Assembly (NCBI GenBank): GCA_001179505.1
Contig: CDMY01000802.1
Span: forward strand, 1-64,000
DNA: 64,000 bases
Direction: 5' to 3'
DNA from: Vitrella brassicaformis CCMP3155
Taxonomy: Eukaryota > Protista > Chromerida
Part shown: piece by piece, positions 30,050-41,594 of the stretch
How positions within the stretch are numbered: position 1 is the first letter of the stretch
How the letters are laid out: each line of letters opens with the position of its first letter
The notes under the pieces: model-generated
What the model saw: only the letters and a program-made list of their open reading frames with translations
The model's database searches: none
Told to the model about the DNA's origin: nothing
Made by a program: the position numbers and the translations under genes

Positions 30050-31191
30050 TGTGGAGTCTGCTGGAGTGGGGGACCTGGGCAGTAAGGTTACTTACCGAGC
30101 ATTCCTGCGGCGCCCATGCGGGCCTGCAGAGCACCACCAGGCTGCATACACACCACATCACATCCAGGTGCTGAAATCCATCCATCCATCCACCATGTGC
30201 ACCTGTTGCTGCTGCTGATAGCCCCCCAGCTGACCGGCCACACCTACTTGACGCAGCCACAACGACAGACAGACAGACAGACAGACAGAAATGCGGCGAT
30301 GTGTGTCAACAAGGGCGTGGCAGTGTGGTGTGTTGATACCTCTGGCACCTCCCGGCTGCTGGCCCGCCTGCTGCTGAGTCGGCGAGGGCTTACGCACACC
30401 TACACTCACATACACACATCGACACACGGATGGATGGATGGATCAACATACCTCCCTGCTGCTGCTGTGCCTGCAAGGCACTGGCCTGCTGCTGCGCCGC
30501 TGCAGCTGCCGCGGCCTGTTGCTGCTGCGGCCCCCCTGCACCGAGCTGCTGCTGCGCCTGTGCGCCTGGTGGCTGGGGCTGACGCACAAACCCCCCACCT
30601 ACACACACACATGGATACAGGCAGAAAGGTGTGCGCGTCGTGCCCGGGGTTAGCTTACCTTGTGGCTGTTGCTGCTGAGATTGCAGGCCGCCTCCCATAC
30701 CGTCTGTGTGTGAGAGAATGGCCACAGACATCCAAATTTCCGTGTGTGTGAGGGGGAGAGGGGGAGAGAGAGAGGGAGAGTGTCTGTGTGTGTGGTTGCT
30801 CACATGGATAGCCGCCGCCAAATCCAGTGCTCTGCTGGGGGAACCCTGCACGCAGGCACAATACGCATCATCGACACAGACACGTGTGTGTATGTGTGTG
30901 TGTGCATCGATCGCACCTTGCCCCTGCTGCTGCATCGACTGCTGCTGGTGACCTGTCAGACCTACACACACCCATGTGTGTCAACAGCGAAATGACCATC
31001 TGTGTGTGTGTGTGTGTGTGCATTGCTTCCCTCCCTCCCACTTACCAGCGGTGTTGAAGGCCGATGTGCCGCCCATTGAGAACGGCATCGCGTCAGGACG
31101 CCTGCATGACGACATCCATCCATCCATTTATCCATTGTGTGTGTGCAGGGATGGGTGTGCGCTGCGCATACAGTTGTGGGTTGGCTCGTGT

Positions 31192-31224
<33 letters not shown>

Positions 31225-32004
31225 AACGAAGTCCATCGAGCCGTCGTAGAATGCGCCAGCTGACAACCACACACACATGGACACGGACATGGACACGGAC
31301 ATGGACACACTCCACGAGGATGCAGCTCAGGTGTATATGTGTGTGTGTGTGTGTGTGTGTTTGTGATGTTGACTCCTGCACTGACCATTAGGGTTGAGTT
31401 GCGTTGCGCCGATGCGTGCCGCAGCCGCCCTGGTCTGCTGCTGCTGAGCGAAATGGGGCAGCCTGCGCACACACGCATGCAGAGATCCACACACACGTGG
31501 ATGTGTGCGCTCTGTCGGATGGCGTACATGTTGGCGTGCATTGAGGGTGGGTATGGCCCCGCACCCGGGCCCCCCATCTGCTGCTGTTGTTGCTGCTGGC
31601 CCTGCTGCTGCAGACCTGACACACACACCACACAGACACCCACACACAGCCTCATATATCCACGATCCCCATGGACACACAGACACTTGTGTGCACTCCA
31701 CACTCAACGCTCCTACCTGCCACAGGGCCTGCACATCACCAAGAAGGGGACACACGCAGACAGACGATACAGGGGCGTGTGAGGTCTCTCTCTGTGTGCA
31801 GGTCAGGTGAGAATGCTCACCAGGTCTGACAGGAGGGCCACCTCCACCCTGATGCATACATACATCATGACCGAGCACAGCACACGCAACACACACACAC
31901 ACACGACTTAATCTGGATGCACCCCTTCTCCCTCCCTCCCTCCCTCCCTCCCGCAAGCAAAGCACACGCACCTAGCCCACCTGCATCATGTTGAACCGGT
32001 CCAT
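27606..32004 (-). CDS. CNOT2: CCR4-NOT subunit 2 (NOT2/NOT-box) with a long Q/P/G-rich N-terminus, many exons
   Basis: HGLLGILKVIRMTDPDLNIVALG|MDLTTLGLNLNSPE|SLYSSFSSPW, LPSCYYTN, DDTLLYIFY, AANEL..RKWRF. Probable first exon MDRFNMMQ. Confidence 0.9.
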
Positions 32005-32437
32005 AGTCGCTTCTCTCCTGATCCCTCAGAGCCCTCCACACAAACCAAACCAACCTAACCTGCCCGTAGCACACATCACGGACGGGAGAGGGAAACCATG
32101 GCACACAACACATCTTTTCTCTGCCCGCAGTCGTGCCTTCATGCCTCGCGCGCACGCACCACGTCCACAGACAACAGATCTCACCTCGACAAGAACCGAT
32201 ATCGCCCGAGCTGAATTCAGAAGGATGACAAGGCCCTTCTTCTCCTCCAACTCACAATTTTTGGCATTGTGCGAGCTCAAGAAGTAGTGAGTTAGAGCGC
32301 AGTCCTTGCACGCGATAGATCTTGGGGCACCTCGCAATGACCCAATCGTGCGGTTTGTTTGGTTCGTCGCGTTCCTGTTCTGTGGATCTCTCCTCTCTCC
32401 TCTCTTTTCTTCTCTTCTTTTGTTGTTCACACACGCG

Positions 32438-33493
32438 ATGCTTGTTCGGGCAGTGGCTGGCCTGCTGATCGTCCTTTGTGTGGTGGAGGGACAACAGGTG
32501 CACGCAGACGCCATCACCCATCCACTCATCAAGTGTGTCCATGTCTGACTCATGCGTCCAGGTCCATTTGCGTGGCCTGCAGGAGGTTACCCCGCCGAAC
32601 GGCACGTCACTGTCAGCGTCAGAGTATGAGGGGCTGCTCGGCCTACTGGGGGGCAACGACACCACAGAACTCACCTCACTCTACCGGTAGACACACATCA
32701 TGCCAACAGCTGGGATGATGGGCAGATTCTGTGTCTGTGTGTGTGTAGGACGTCTGTTCACGGCACCACCTATGGCGACCTGCTGGACAGAGTGGGCGAC
32801 GCGAAGCCTATCGTGCTGGTCATCAGGAAGGACAAGTATGTTTTCGGCGTCTTCATCAGCAAGGGTCTGCTGCTGCCCGACGACCGAACGGGAAGCAACT
32901 TCTACGACTGTCAGAATACATACCCGTGTGATCTGTGGCATTTCTCGCTGGCCGGGCACTTTCCCAAGCCGACCAAGATCGAGATCCGCCCAGTAATCAA
33001 GCGTGTGGAGGTGGCGGGGAGGGAGGGGAATGTGAGTGGTGCGAATTTCATAATCGGGACGTATCAGCTTTTGGCCTGTGGTGTGGTGGCTGAGTCTGGG
33101 CTGGGTCCGAGGAATAAGCGGACTGCTGCCGACATTCGCAGCTGCGCTCAGAGAATCCCCATGAGCCTTCTACCTGAGGGCTACACCGGGGAGAAGAATA
33201 GCAGCTGGGGCTATGCTCTGTTCGGCGGCGGGTCAGGCTATTTCACGGCCGATGAGATAGAAGTGCTGCAAGTGCGAGAGTCAATTGACCAACCTTCACC
33301 CCCTATGACAACAGCACCCGAACCAGTTGACAGCACACCGACAATAACACCCCAGCCGACAACAACCGGGCCGATTAGCGCACCCCTCACGACAACATCC
33401 GATCCAGCTGAGAGCGCAGCGGTGTGTCAGGGGGGCTTGCGGTGGGGCGGGATGGTAGTAGCGATGCTTATCTGCACGGGGGGGCTCTTGTAG
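32438..33493 (+). CDS. Signal peptide + TLDc + Thr/Pro-rich stalk + predicted GPI-anchor signal (TLDc-3)
   Basis: MLVRAVAGLLIVLCVVEGQQ|VHLRGLQEVTPPNGTS...|TSVHG...FTADEIEVLQ, then PSPPMTTAPEPVDSTPTITPQPTTT..., then ESAAVCQGGLRWGGMVVAMLICTGGLL*. Confidence 0.88.
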
Positions 33494-33690
33494 AGCTCCT
33501 CGACTATGCTGTGTGTCTGTGTGTGCACGTCGCATGGGTTCATGGCTTATGAGATAGAGGTGCAGTAGTCAGGGAGAGAAAGATGTGTGCTTTTGCCACT
33601 CTCTATAGTGCTGTCTGGCGCACAGAGGAGGTGCCCTCCTCTGTGCGCCCCTGTCTGTCTGCCTGTCCACGTCTAGGTGTACCTGATCTG

Positions 33691-33711
33691 CCGGCACACT
33701 GCTGGTGCCCC
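33691..33711 (+). repeat. Conserved 21-nt element downstream of TLDc genes, copy 2
   Basis: CCGGCACACTGCTGGTGCCCC, about 200 nt past the TLDc-3 stop. Confidence 0.9.
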
Positions 33712-33721
33712 AGTGTGTGTG

Positions 33722-34205
33722 TGTGTATTGTGCATTGGTGTGTTTGTCTGCTGATCAGTGAGTTTGTGTGTGCGCTGGCTGGACTGACTCCAACGAATGA
33801 GTGACTATGGCTGACTGTCTTTTTATCGTTGTCCTCCCCTGATGTGTTCGTTGGAGTAAGTAGGTCTGTCAGTGTGTGTGTTGTTGATCGAGTGAATGAC
33901 AGTGTATGTGGCCTCACAGACAGACAGACAGACAGACGGCCATTCATTCACCGCTATGCCAAATGGCCGCACAAAGCGCCGCCACACGTGGAAGGGATGC
34001 TTGCATGAAGTCGCCTTCGCACACAATGGACAAACACACACACACAGACACACACACACACACACACATCAGGGCAGGATAACGAGAAACACACACGCGC
34101 AGCCACCGTCACTCAAAATAGCCGTCACTCGTTAATTGCAGTCAGTCCAGCCACTGCTCACACAAACTCACTGATCAACAAATAAACACACCAATACACA
34201 CACAC
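33722..34205. repeat. Imperfect inverted repeat (~65-bp arms) formed by two oppositely oriented TLDc downstream modules
   Basis: 33722-33790 (..CTGATCAGTGAGTTTGTGTG..GGCTGGACTGACT) is the approximate reverse complement of 34135-34200 (AGTCAGTCCAGCC..CACACAAACTCACTGATCA..). Confidence 0.75.
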
Positions 34206-34209
34206 ACGG

Positions 34210-35197
34210 AGTAGAGGACCTTGTGTGTGGTCGACAGATAAACACGCTGCAATGGTGTCAAGAAGCAAGGCGTCGCCGGTGGCGGCAGCGAGTGAATCGG
34301 TGTGGTTGGGTCACCATGTGTGGACCACACCTCTGTGTGCGGTGTGTGGTGTGTGTTTTGATTTCTATGTCATCTTTGGTACCAAACCAGACATGAATGC
34401 GTTGAATGAGTTGGCCCGCACACAATCACTGCCAACTTTTCCCTTTGGCTGTGTGCCAGAGATACGCAGACAGACGTCAATACGTACGTCAATAAACTCT
34501 TGTCCTTCAGAAAATGCCAGTCAATCGCATACACACACACAGACGTGCACACACACACCACACTGTCTGTCCGTCCCGCTGCCGCCGCGCTAGCTACCGC
34601 CGACAGTATGTCTGTCATGCCGCCACTCGCATTAGCAAGTGGGGCACGTTTCTAGATGTGTCTCGCGCTTATGCGCGGGCCTGGAACTGCACCTTGGCGC
34701 AGCCGACTCCCCTGGCCTTCGCCCTCATGCTGCTGGCACCCTCCTCGATGGTCAGCGGCGTGCCCGTGAGGTCGCGGACGCGGGCGGCCGGGGGGGTGTC
34801 TGCCAATCGCCTGAGATACAAACACATCAATGCGGCCGCTGCATTGTCTCTCTGTTTGTCTGTCTGCGTGTGTTACTTGGCGGCGATGTCTCCCATGTAG
34901 ATGACGGCCATGTGCGTCTTGTCGCCGCTCATAAACACCTCGACGAGAGGCATCGGCGCCTCGCCCGTCAGACCCTTGACGCGGTGCAGGTAGTCCGCCA
35001 ACTTCATCTGCACGCGCACAGACACACACACACACACACACATGGAGATACAAATCATCTGACACACATACGGCGCCTCAGCCACTGACCACATCAGCGA
35101 TGAGCACATTCTTCGGGCACTTGACGATGAAGCTGTCGGCCAGCGATGCTGCGACGTTGAGCACATTGAACGCCGACTGCAAGTCATGTAAGCGACA

Positions 35198-35231
<34 letters not shown>

Positions 35232-36365
35232 AATACATATGGTACAGATTGTCCGTCCATCACGTACCATGCTGCCGTCGCCCATTTTGTCGAGGCAGTA
35301 GGTCTTCCTTTGATACTCTTGGCCCCATGGCATGTCGAAATGGATGGCCGCGAACTTCGTGCCCTTCATGGCCCAGCGGGCTGCCAGCTTGGCCACCCTC
35401 TTGAAGTAATCGCCGCAGCGTATGAAGAGGCGCTCGAGGACTCCCACCCCTGCACACACACAACGCAGCAATTTGGCAGCAATTTTGCATATGGATATGC
35501 ATATGTCGTGACATCCGCCACCCATTGCCGTGCTCTTGCCAATGTTCGTACCGTGGGCACTGGCGTTGTGTTTGGTGTGTTCGACATTGGCGGCGTCGAT
35601 GTCGCACGCATAGACCGTCAGGCCCGCAGCCAACAGAGAGGCGGTCTGGCCGCCGACACCGCTAAATGCATCGAGCACCATGCCCACGCCCAGGTAGGTG
35701 ATGATAGTGGTGGTGATGCAGTCGGCGATGAAGCGCGGCGTGATGCTCTTCCTGCATTCACCATTGATGAAGAAATGGATGGATAAGTCAATGCGGGCAA
35801 CACGCATGCATGCATCAAAAGGTCCCCTCCCCCCATACCGCATGTTGGGGTTGTATTTGACCTTTCGCCATATCCTTCCCCACAGCCATTCGTTGGCCGT
35901 CTGCATAAACACATCCAATGCATCAGGCACAGCACATGCATTCGAGAACCCACAGACGGCCAGTCGTGTCTCAGATGCATTGGGGCTTGTGGAGTTGTAC
36001 CCTTGCGTGTGGGCAACTCGTGATGATGATGGTCACCAGGCCCACAATGCACTCGGCGCCGACTGCGGCGCCCTCGCCAAGCTCCTCGGGCATGGCGGGC
36101 ATCTTGATGATGACGACAGAAACACGGGCAAGGTGCAGCCGGGGGACTGCCGCACTGCAAAAACCTTGCCGACGGGTGAGGAGACGATTTAGAGGTCAAA
36201 GAGAGGGAGAGGTGGTGGAAGAGAGCTTCAGAGCAGGAGCAGGGCAGCGGCTCGATCGAAGGCTGGGGCCACGGCCCCAAGCTGATCGCCTCCCACATCT
36301 CTCCGGACAATCAGATCTGCCCACTGGCAGCACTGGCAGGGAGAGGACCCGCCATTCACGGCGAA
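34210..36365 (-). repeat. ~2.1-kb segmental duplication, copy A (inverted relative to 51672-53670)
   Basis: Long collinear reverse-complement matches from GACCTTGTGTGTGGTCGACAG to GGCAGGGAGAGGACCCGCCATT. Confidence 0.92.
34669..36102 (-). CDS. TGS1: Trimethylguanosine synthase TGS1-like SAM-dependent methyltransferase, apparently intact copy
   Basis: SITPRFIADCI, VLDAFSGVGGQ (motif I), VYACDID..NVEHTKHNA, IRCGDY, FDMPWG (SPPW position), FIVKCPKN, MAVIYMGD. The last exon follows an AA|GTAA donor and ends QARA*. Confidence 0.8.
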
Positions 36366-37025
36366 AGGAAAGAAGGGGTCGGTGATCTGCGTGCTACGTG
36401 CGCTTGAATAATGTTGGGTGGCTGACCACCAACAGCGTCACAAATCACGTCTTGATACCAATTCCGAGTCACGGGTGGCCACACACACGTACGCACACAC
36501 ACACATGCACTCTCTCTCAACTGGGATATCCATTATGGAATATGTTCGTTCACCATCATGGAAGGCTGTCTGTGCCAAATGGCTGCGCAAAGCATACATC
36601 TACACAGCCAGCTAGCTACTGCACGCACACACACGCATAGGTCTGATGGTCGGTCGATCGATCGACCGATCGATGGTCGACACGTAAGGAAGGCATGTTT
36701 GCAGTGATGGTGTGTGTTACATGGTCGTGCAACCACACTCGCATTTGCATGCCCGCTTATGTACATACACAGACAAATGGATACATACATTACGTACGTG
36801 TCATTCAACGTCGTTCGTCCCGCCTGTCGCACCACAAACCTCCACACACACAGCAATGAATCATAGCTGCTTGTCTGTGTGATGTGCATTAGACAGCGAC
36901 ACACCGCACCGTACCCCAATGCATTCACACCCATTTAGGCGGATGGACAGGGAGATAGACAAGAGCCAGACAAGCCACGGAGTCGTAAAGAATCGCTGGC
37001 TTAGGTAGAGCGATAAGTGTATGCC

Positions 37026-37794
37026 TCACTGCCCCACCACGTGCAGCACTTCTCTTTCATCCGCATGGAAACTCTCCTCCCCAGCCAAGAGAGCATCGCC
37101 TGTGCTATTTCTCTCTCCGGTATAGCCAGCAGGCACATTCCAGCTATTGGTGTACTGCTCGCAGCGGCAGATGCCGACTGCAGGCCCCTCATCACTCTCG
37201 CAACCCATCCACAGACACCCGGCAACATACACCCTTGTACCACCCGCACTTCCCTCCCTCCCCGTCACAAACACAGCTTGCCCCCCGCACCCCCGCAGCC
37301 CTCCCCGCAGGTCGATCTTGGTCGGTGTGGCGAAGTGGCCGGCCAGTGAGATATACAGTATATCGCACTCGCATCTGCGGGTGTCGGTCGGGTCGTCGGG
37401 CTCCTGCAGGCCGGCACTGATGTAGACGCCGAAGACATACTTGCCCTTGCGGATGATGATCACCAGGCCGGTCTTGTCGCCCACACAGCGGAGCAGATCT
37501 TCGTACCTGCTGCCGTCACGCGACGACCTGAAACACACACAGACAGACACACACACACACTTACGCCTCTGTTTTGACGTGAGAGTCAGTCCAACGCTGC
37601 CTAGAGCAGGTAGCGTACCGATAGATTGATGCCAGCTTCATGTTGGGATTGCCGAGCAGGCCCAGCAGGCTGGAGTACTGGGACTCAGACAACGACGTGT
37701 CCTGCACAACCACCATACGACAACGAGAGGATGTAATCGGTAGCTGGCAATTGATCTTTATGGCTGTGTGTACCAAAGTGCCGACGGGTGTCAT
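37026..37794 (-). CDS. TLDc protein without a signal peptide (TLDc-4; same subtype as TLDc-1)
   Basis: DTSLSESQYSSLLGLLG..LASIYR|SSRDGSRY...GDKTGLVIIIRKGKYVFGVYIS...ISLAGHF...FHADEREVL. The first exon MTPVGTL is tentative. Confidence 0.82.
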
Positions 37795-37842
37795 TGCCAA
37801 AGAGCCGCGTACCCACAGTACAAAAAGCTAAAATGGAAAAAT

Positions 37843-37931
37843 GGTGGACGGGCGAAGGTGCCCTAAGGAAAGCAATGGAATATCCTGTTCTTGCCGGATG
37901 GAGGCACAAGAGCCTGGACAGCGGCGACACA
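37843..37931. promoter_or_regulatory. ~90-bp upstream block duplicated at 41459-41547
   Basis: Identical core GGTGGACGGGCGAAGGTGCCCTAAGGAAAGCAATG in both copies. Confidence 0.75.
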
Positions 37932-38365
37932 CGCGCGAGAATGAGCACAGCCGATGAATGACGTGAGAGGTCGATCTGCCTTCCGGAATGGTTCACTCTC
38001 TGCCTCACTCTTTCAAGACTGAATAGATTCCTTTGCTGCGCGTTATGCACCAGTCTGACAACACAAGGCGGTCAATCGGTTCTCTGATTGACGCCACTCA
38101 TGCATTGACCCATTCAGTCAGTCACGCAACCATCTGTCTGTCTGCCTGTGTCTGCTACGCTATACACACAGTGTCAAGGAGACGAGATCGATGGACCTGT
38201 ACTAAGAGTGAAGCACGATATTTCACAATACGCAGACGAAAAGGCCTACGAGATAGAGGAAGCATGCAAATCGCATCATGCGACAGACATGAAAAAGAGG
38301 AGCGACAAGAGACGACAAATATACAGCCAGACAGACAGAGACAAACATCGATCAGCCGCATTCAC

Positions 38366-39304
38366 TCACTGCACCAGATGCAGCACCTCTATCTCGTCAG
38401 CCATGAACTCACTTGACCCACCCAACAGGTTGTCGGGTATCGCCCGCCGCTGCTGCTCCTCCCGCTGGCGGCCGATGCACCTTATAGTCTCCATATTCTG
38501 GTCATGTATCCTGAACAGATTCTCCATCTGCTGCGTGTCGCGATCGGCCACCGTTTGCTGCCGTGTGTCCATGCAGCTCGTACGAACACTGCTGCTGAAG
38601 GTGTACTGCCGGCAGCTGCGGATGTCGTCAGCAGGCCGGCGGCTGCCACGGCTGTCAGCCGCCAGATGCAGATACCCACCGATCCGCACATTTGCACCCA
38701 ACGCACTTCCCTCCTTCCCCGCCACATGGACAATCTGCCCCTCTCGTGGTATCTCGATCTTGGTCGGCTTCTCGAAGTGGCCGGCCAATGAGTAATACCA
38801 CACATCACACGGGTACATGCTGCTGCCGGTCGGGCTGTCGGGCAGCAGAATGCCGCAATTGATGAAGGCGCCAAACAAGTACTGACCATTTCTGACCACC
38901 AACACGAGAGGCTTCGCGTCGCCCACTCGATCCAGCAGGTCGTCATAAGTGGTGCCGTGCACAGACGTCCTACACACACACACGGAATCTGCCCATCATC
39001 CCAGCACTGTTGGCATGATGTGCGTCTACCGGTAGAGTGAGGTGACTCGTGTAGTGCCATTGGCCCCCAGCAGGCCGAGCAGCCCCTCATACTCTGACGC
39101 CGACAGCGACGTACCGTCAGGCAATCCCTGCAGGCCACGCAAATGGACCTGAACACACGAGTCATTCGAGCCACACCACACCAAAGCATCAAATGGATGA
39201 GTAGATGGGTCATGGCGCGAGGACGTTCTCACCTGCCCGACGACCCGACCGGCCGCCGTGAGTACGACAGTGATCATCAACAGCACGATACAAGAAGTTG
39301 CCAT
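38366..39304 (-). CDS. Signal-peptide TLDc protein (TLDc-5) with a 38-aa in-frame insertion
   Basis: MATSCIVLLMITVVLTAAGRVVGQ|VHLRGLQ...ANGTTRVTSLYR|TSVHG...FMADEIEVLHLVQ*. Confidence 0.88.
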
Positions 39305-40395
39305 CGCGGGAGCAGAAGGAGGGAAGACAGTGAGCCTCGTTTGGTCAAGTCAACCAGAGGCAGCCAGCCAGATGAGATCCGAGCGAGGCACGAGGCAAGG
39401 ACCCATTATCCTCCCTGAAATGACGTGAGAGGTCGATCTGCCAGACGAGGAAAGGACCTGCGCTTGGACGAAGAAACGACAAGCACGGTGCCCCTTCTTC
39501 CGTGAAACCTTCAGTTTCGAGGTGATTACCCTTGACGATGGACATGCATGTCTCACATATGCATACGTGTCTCCTCTACATCTCCTCATCCACTACAACA
39601 AATACTCACACATCAAACAGATCCAGCGGCCCGACCGTAAAGACGATAAAGACGATTAGTTCAGACAGGAGCCTCTGGACATGCATGCACACAAAAGAAC
39701 CATGCACACCAAGCACGTCGACAACATACACATGCCGACTCAGCCCAAAAGAAACAAACAGAAAGAGAGCCACACCCAAAATAGCCACCATACACATCGA
39801 CGCGGCCCGACCCTAAAAACGATAGGCCACTGCACACGCATCGCATGCACAAAAGGCATGCTCCCACGATTAATCACATGCAAGAGCCACACCCAACACT
39901 CACTGACCAGCAACCCCACGGGAAAAACAGAAACGCCAGAAGTAACCCACTGCAAACAGATTCCATATATGCATGCACACCTCCCTCTCACGCGACACAC
40001 AGATGAAAGGCCTCTCAGTGAGGCAGGATGGCATTGGGTATGGCTGCATGGTGGATGAGATAGAAATAGTGCAAGTGGGGCAGTTGATGACGGCCAGTCG
40101 ATCAGCACAGACAGGCACTTACGTATCAGACAGACAGACAGACAGACGGGCAGGCAGGCAGGCAGGCAGGCAAGCATATCACGTACAATGCCAGATCTGC
40201 ACATATCGCATATGTAATCGCTAGACAAGCCCGATTGACCTATACTACATTGTGCCGTTCTATACATATACACAAGACGGCCTCACTAGAAAGGGACATG
40301 AAAAAGAGAAGCGACGAGAGACGACAGAAGGAAGAAAGGAAGAACGACAGACAGACAGATAGACAGACAGACAGAGACGAACATCCGCCTCTCAC

Positions 40396-40896
40396 TCACT
40401 GCACCCAGTGCAGCACCTCTATCTCCTCAGCCATGAAATCCTTCGACCCGCCTAACAGAGCATCTTCATCCTCTTCCCTCTCTCCCGTGTAGCCCGAAGG
40501 CACATTTCTGCCGGTGGTGTACTGCCTGCAGCTGCGGATGTCATCAGCAGGCCGGCCAGGGCCAAGGCCACTCCAGCCCAGCCACATTCGCCCACCGATC
40601 CGCACATTTGCACCATCTATATGTCCCTCCCTCCCCGCTGCATACACAATCTGCTCTTGTCCGTAGAGGTTGATCTTGATCGGCTTCTCGAAGTGTCCAG
40701 CCAGCGAGAACCACCACACCTTACACGGGTACATGACGTATCCGGTCGAGCTGTCGGGCAGCCGGATGCCTTCACTGATGACGGCGCCGAAGACATACTC
40801 ACCATTCCTAACCACGAACACGAGAGGCTTCGCGTCGCCCACTCGGTCCAGCAGGTCGTCGTAGGTGGTGCCGTGCACAGACGTCCTACACACACA

Positions 40897-40934
<38 letters not shown>

Positions 40935-41264
40935 TCTGCCCATCAGCTGTCACATCATCCCAGCTGTTGGCATCATGTGCGTCTACCGGTAGAGTGAGGT
41001 CAGTCGTGTGGTGTCATTGCCCTTCAGCAGACGGACCAGCCCCTCATACTCGAAGGCAGACAGCGACGTACCGTCAGGCAATCCCTGCAGGCCACGCAAA
41101 TGGACCTGAACACACGAGTCATTCGAGCCACACCACACCAAAGCATCAAATGGATGAGCGGATGGGTCATGGCGCGAGCACGTTCTCACCTGCCCGACGA
41201 CCCGACCGGCCGCCGTGAGTACGACAGTGATCAGCAGCAGCACAGCGCTCCGCCGAGTCGCCAT
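40396..41264 (-). CDS. Signal-peptide TLDc protein (TLDc-6), tandem paralog of TLDc-5
   Basis: MATRRSAVLLLITVVLTAAGRVVGQ|VHLRGLQ...GNDTTRLTSLYR|TSVHG...FMAEEIEVLHWVQ*. Intron 1 and the 3' flank are close to those of TLDc-5. Confidence 0.9.
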
Positions 41265-41594
41265 CGCGTGAGCGGGAACAGAAAGAGGGATCACAGAGAG
41301 TCTTGAGGTCAGTTCAGAGGCAGTCGGGAGGGAGGCGAGGGAGCAGACAGGATTCAGAAGGGAACAAGTGGTTTGATAGACGTGTTGGAGCTGTAGCGGG
41401 ACGAATGTCCCAGCAGTGAGAGATCTCTCCCCGATTGGGTCATTATTTCTGCAGTATTGGTGGACGGGCGAAGGTGCCCTAAGGAAAGCAATGAATGTCC
41501 TGTTCTTGATCGATGCAGGCACATGAGCCTGGATAGCGGCGACACACCCACCAGACTCAGCTAGCCGCTGATCTGACGAAAGATCTTTGCGGGA

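Noticed and set aside
34873-34875. TAA after GDIAAK as the TGS1 stop codon
   Set aside because: AA|GTAACAC is a splice donor leading to a further in-frame exon that is conserved in both copies.
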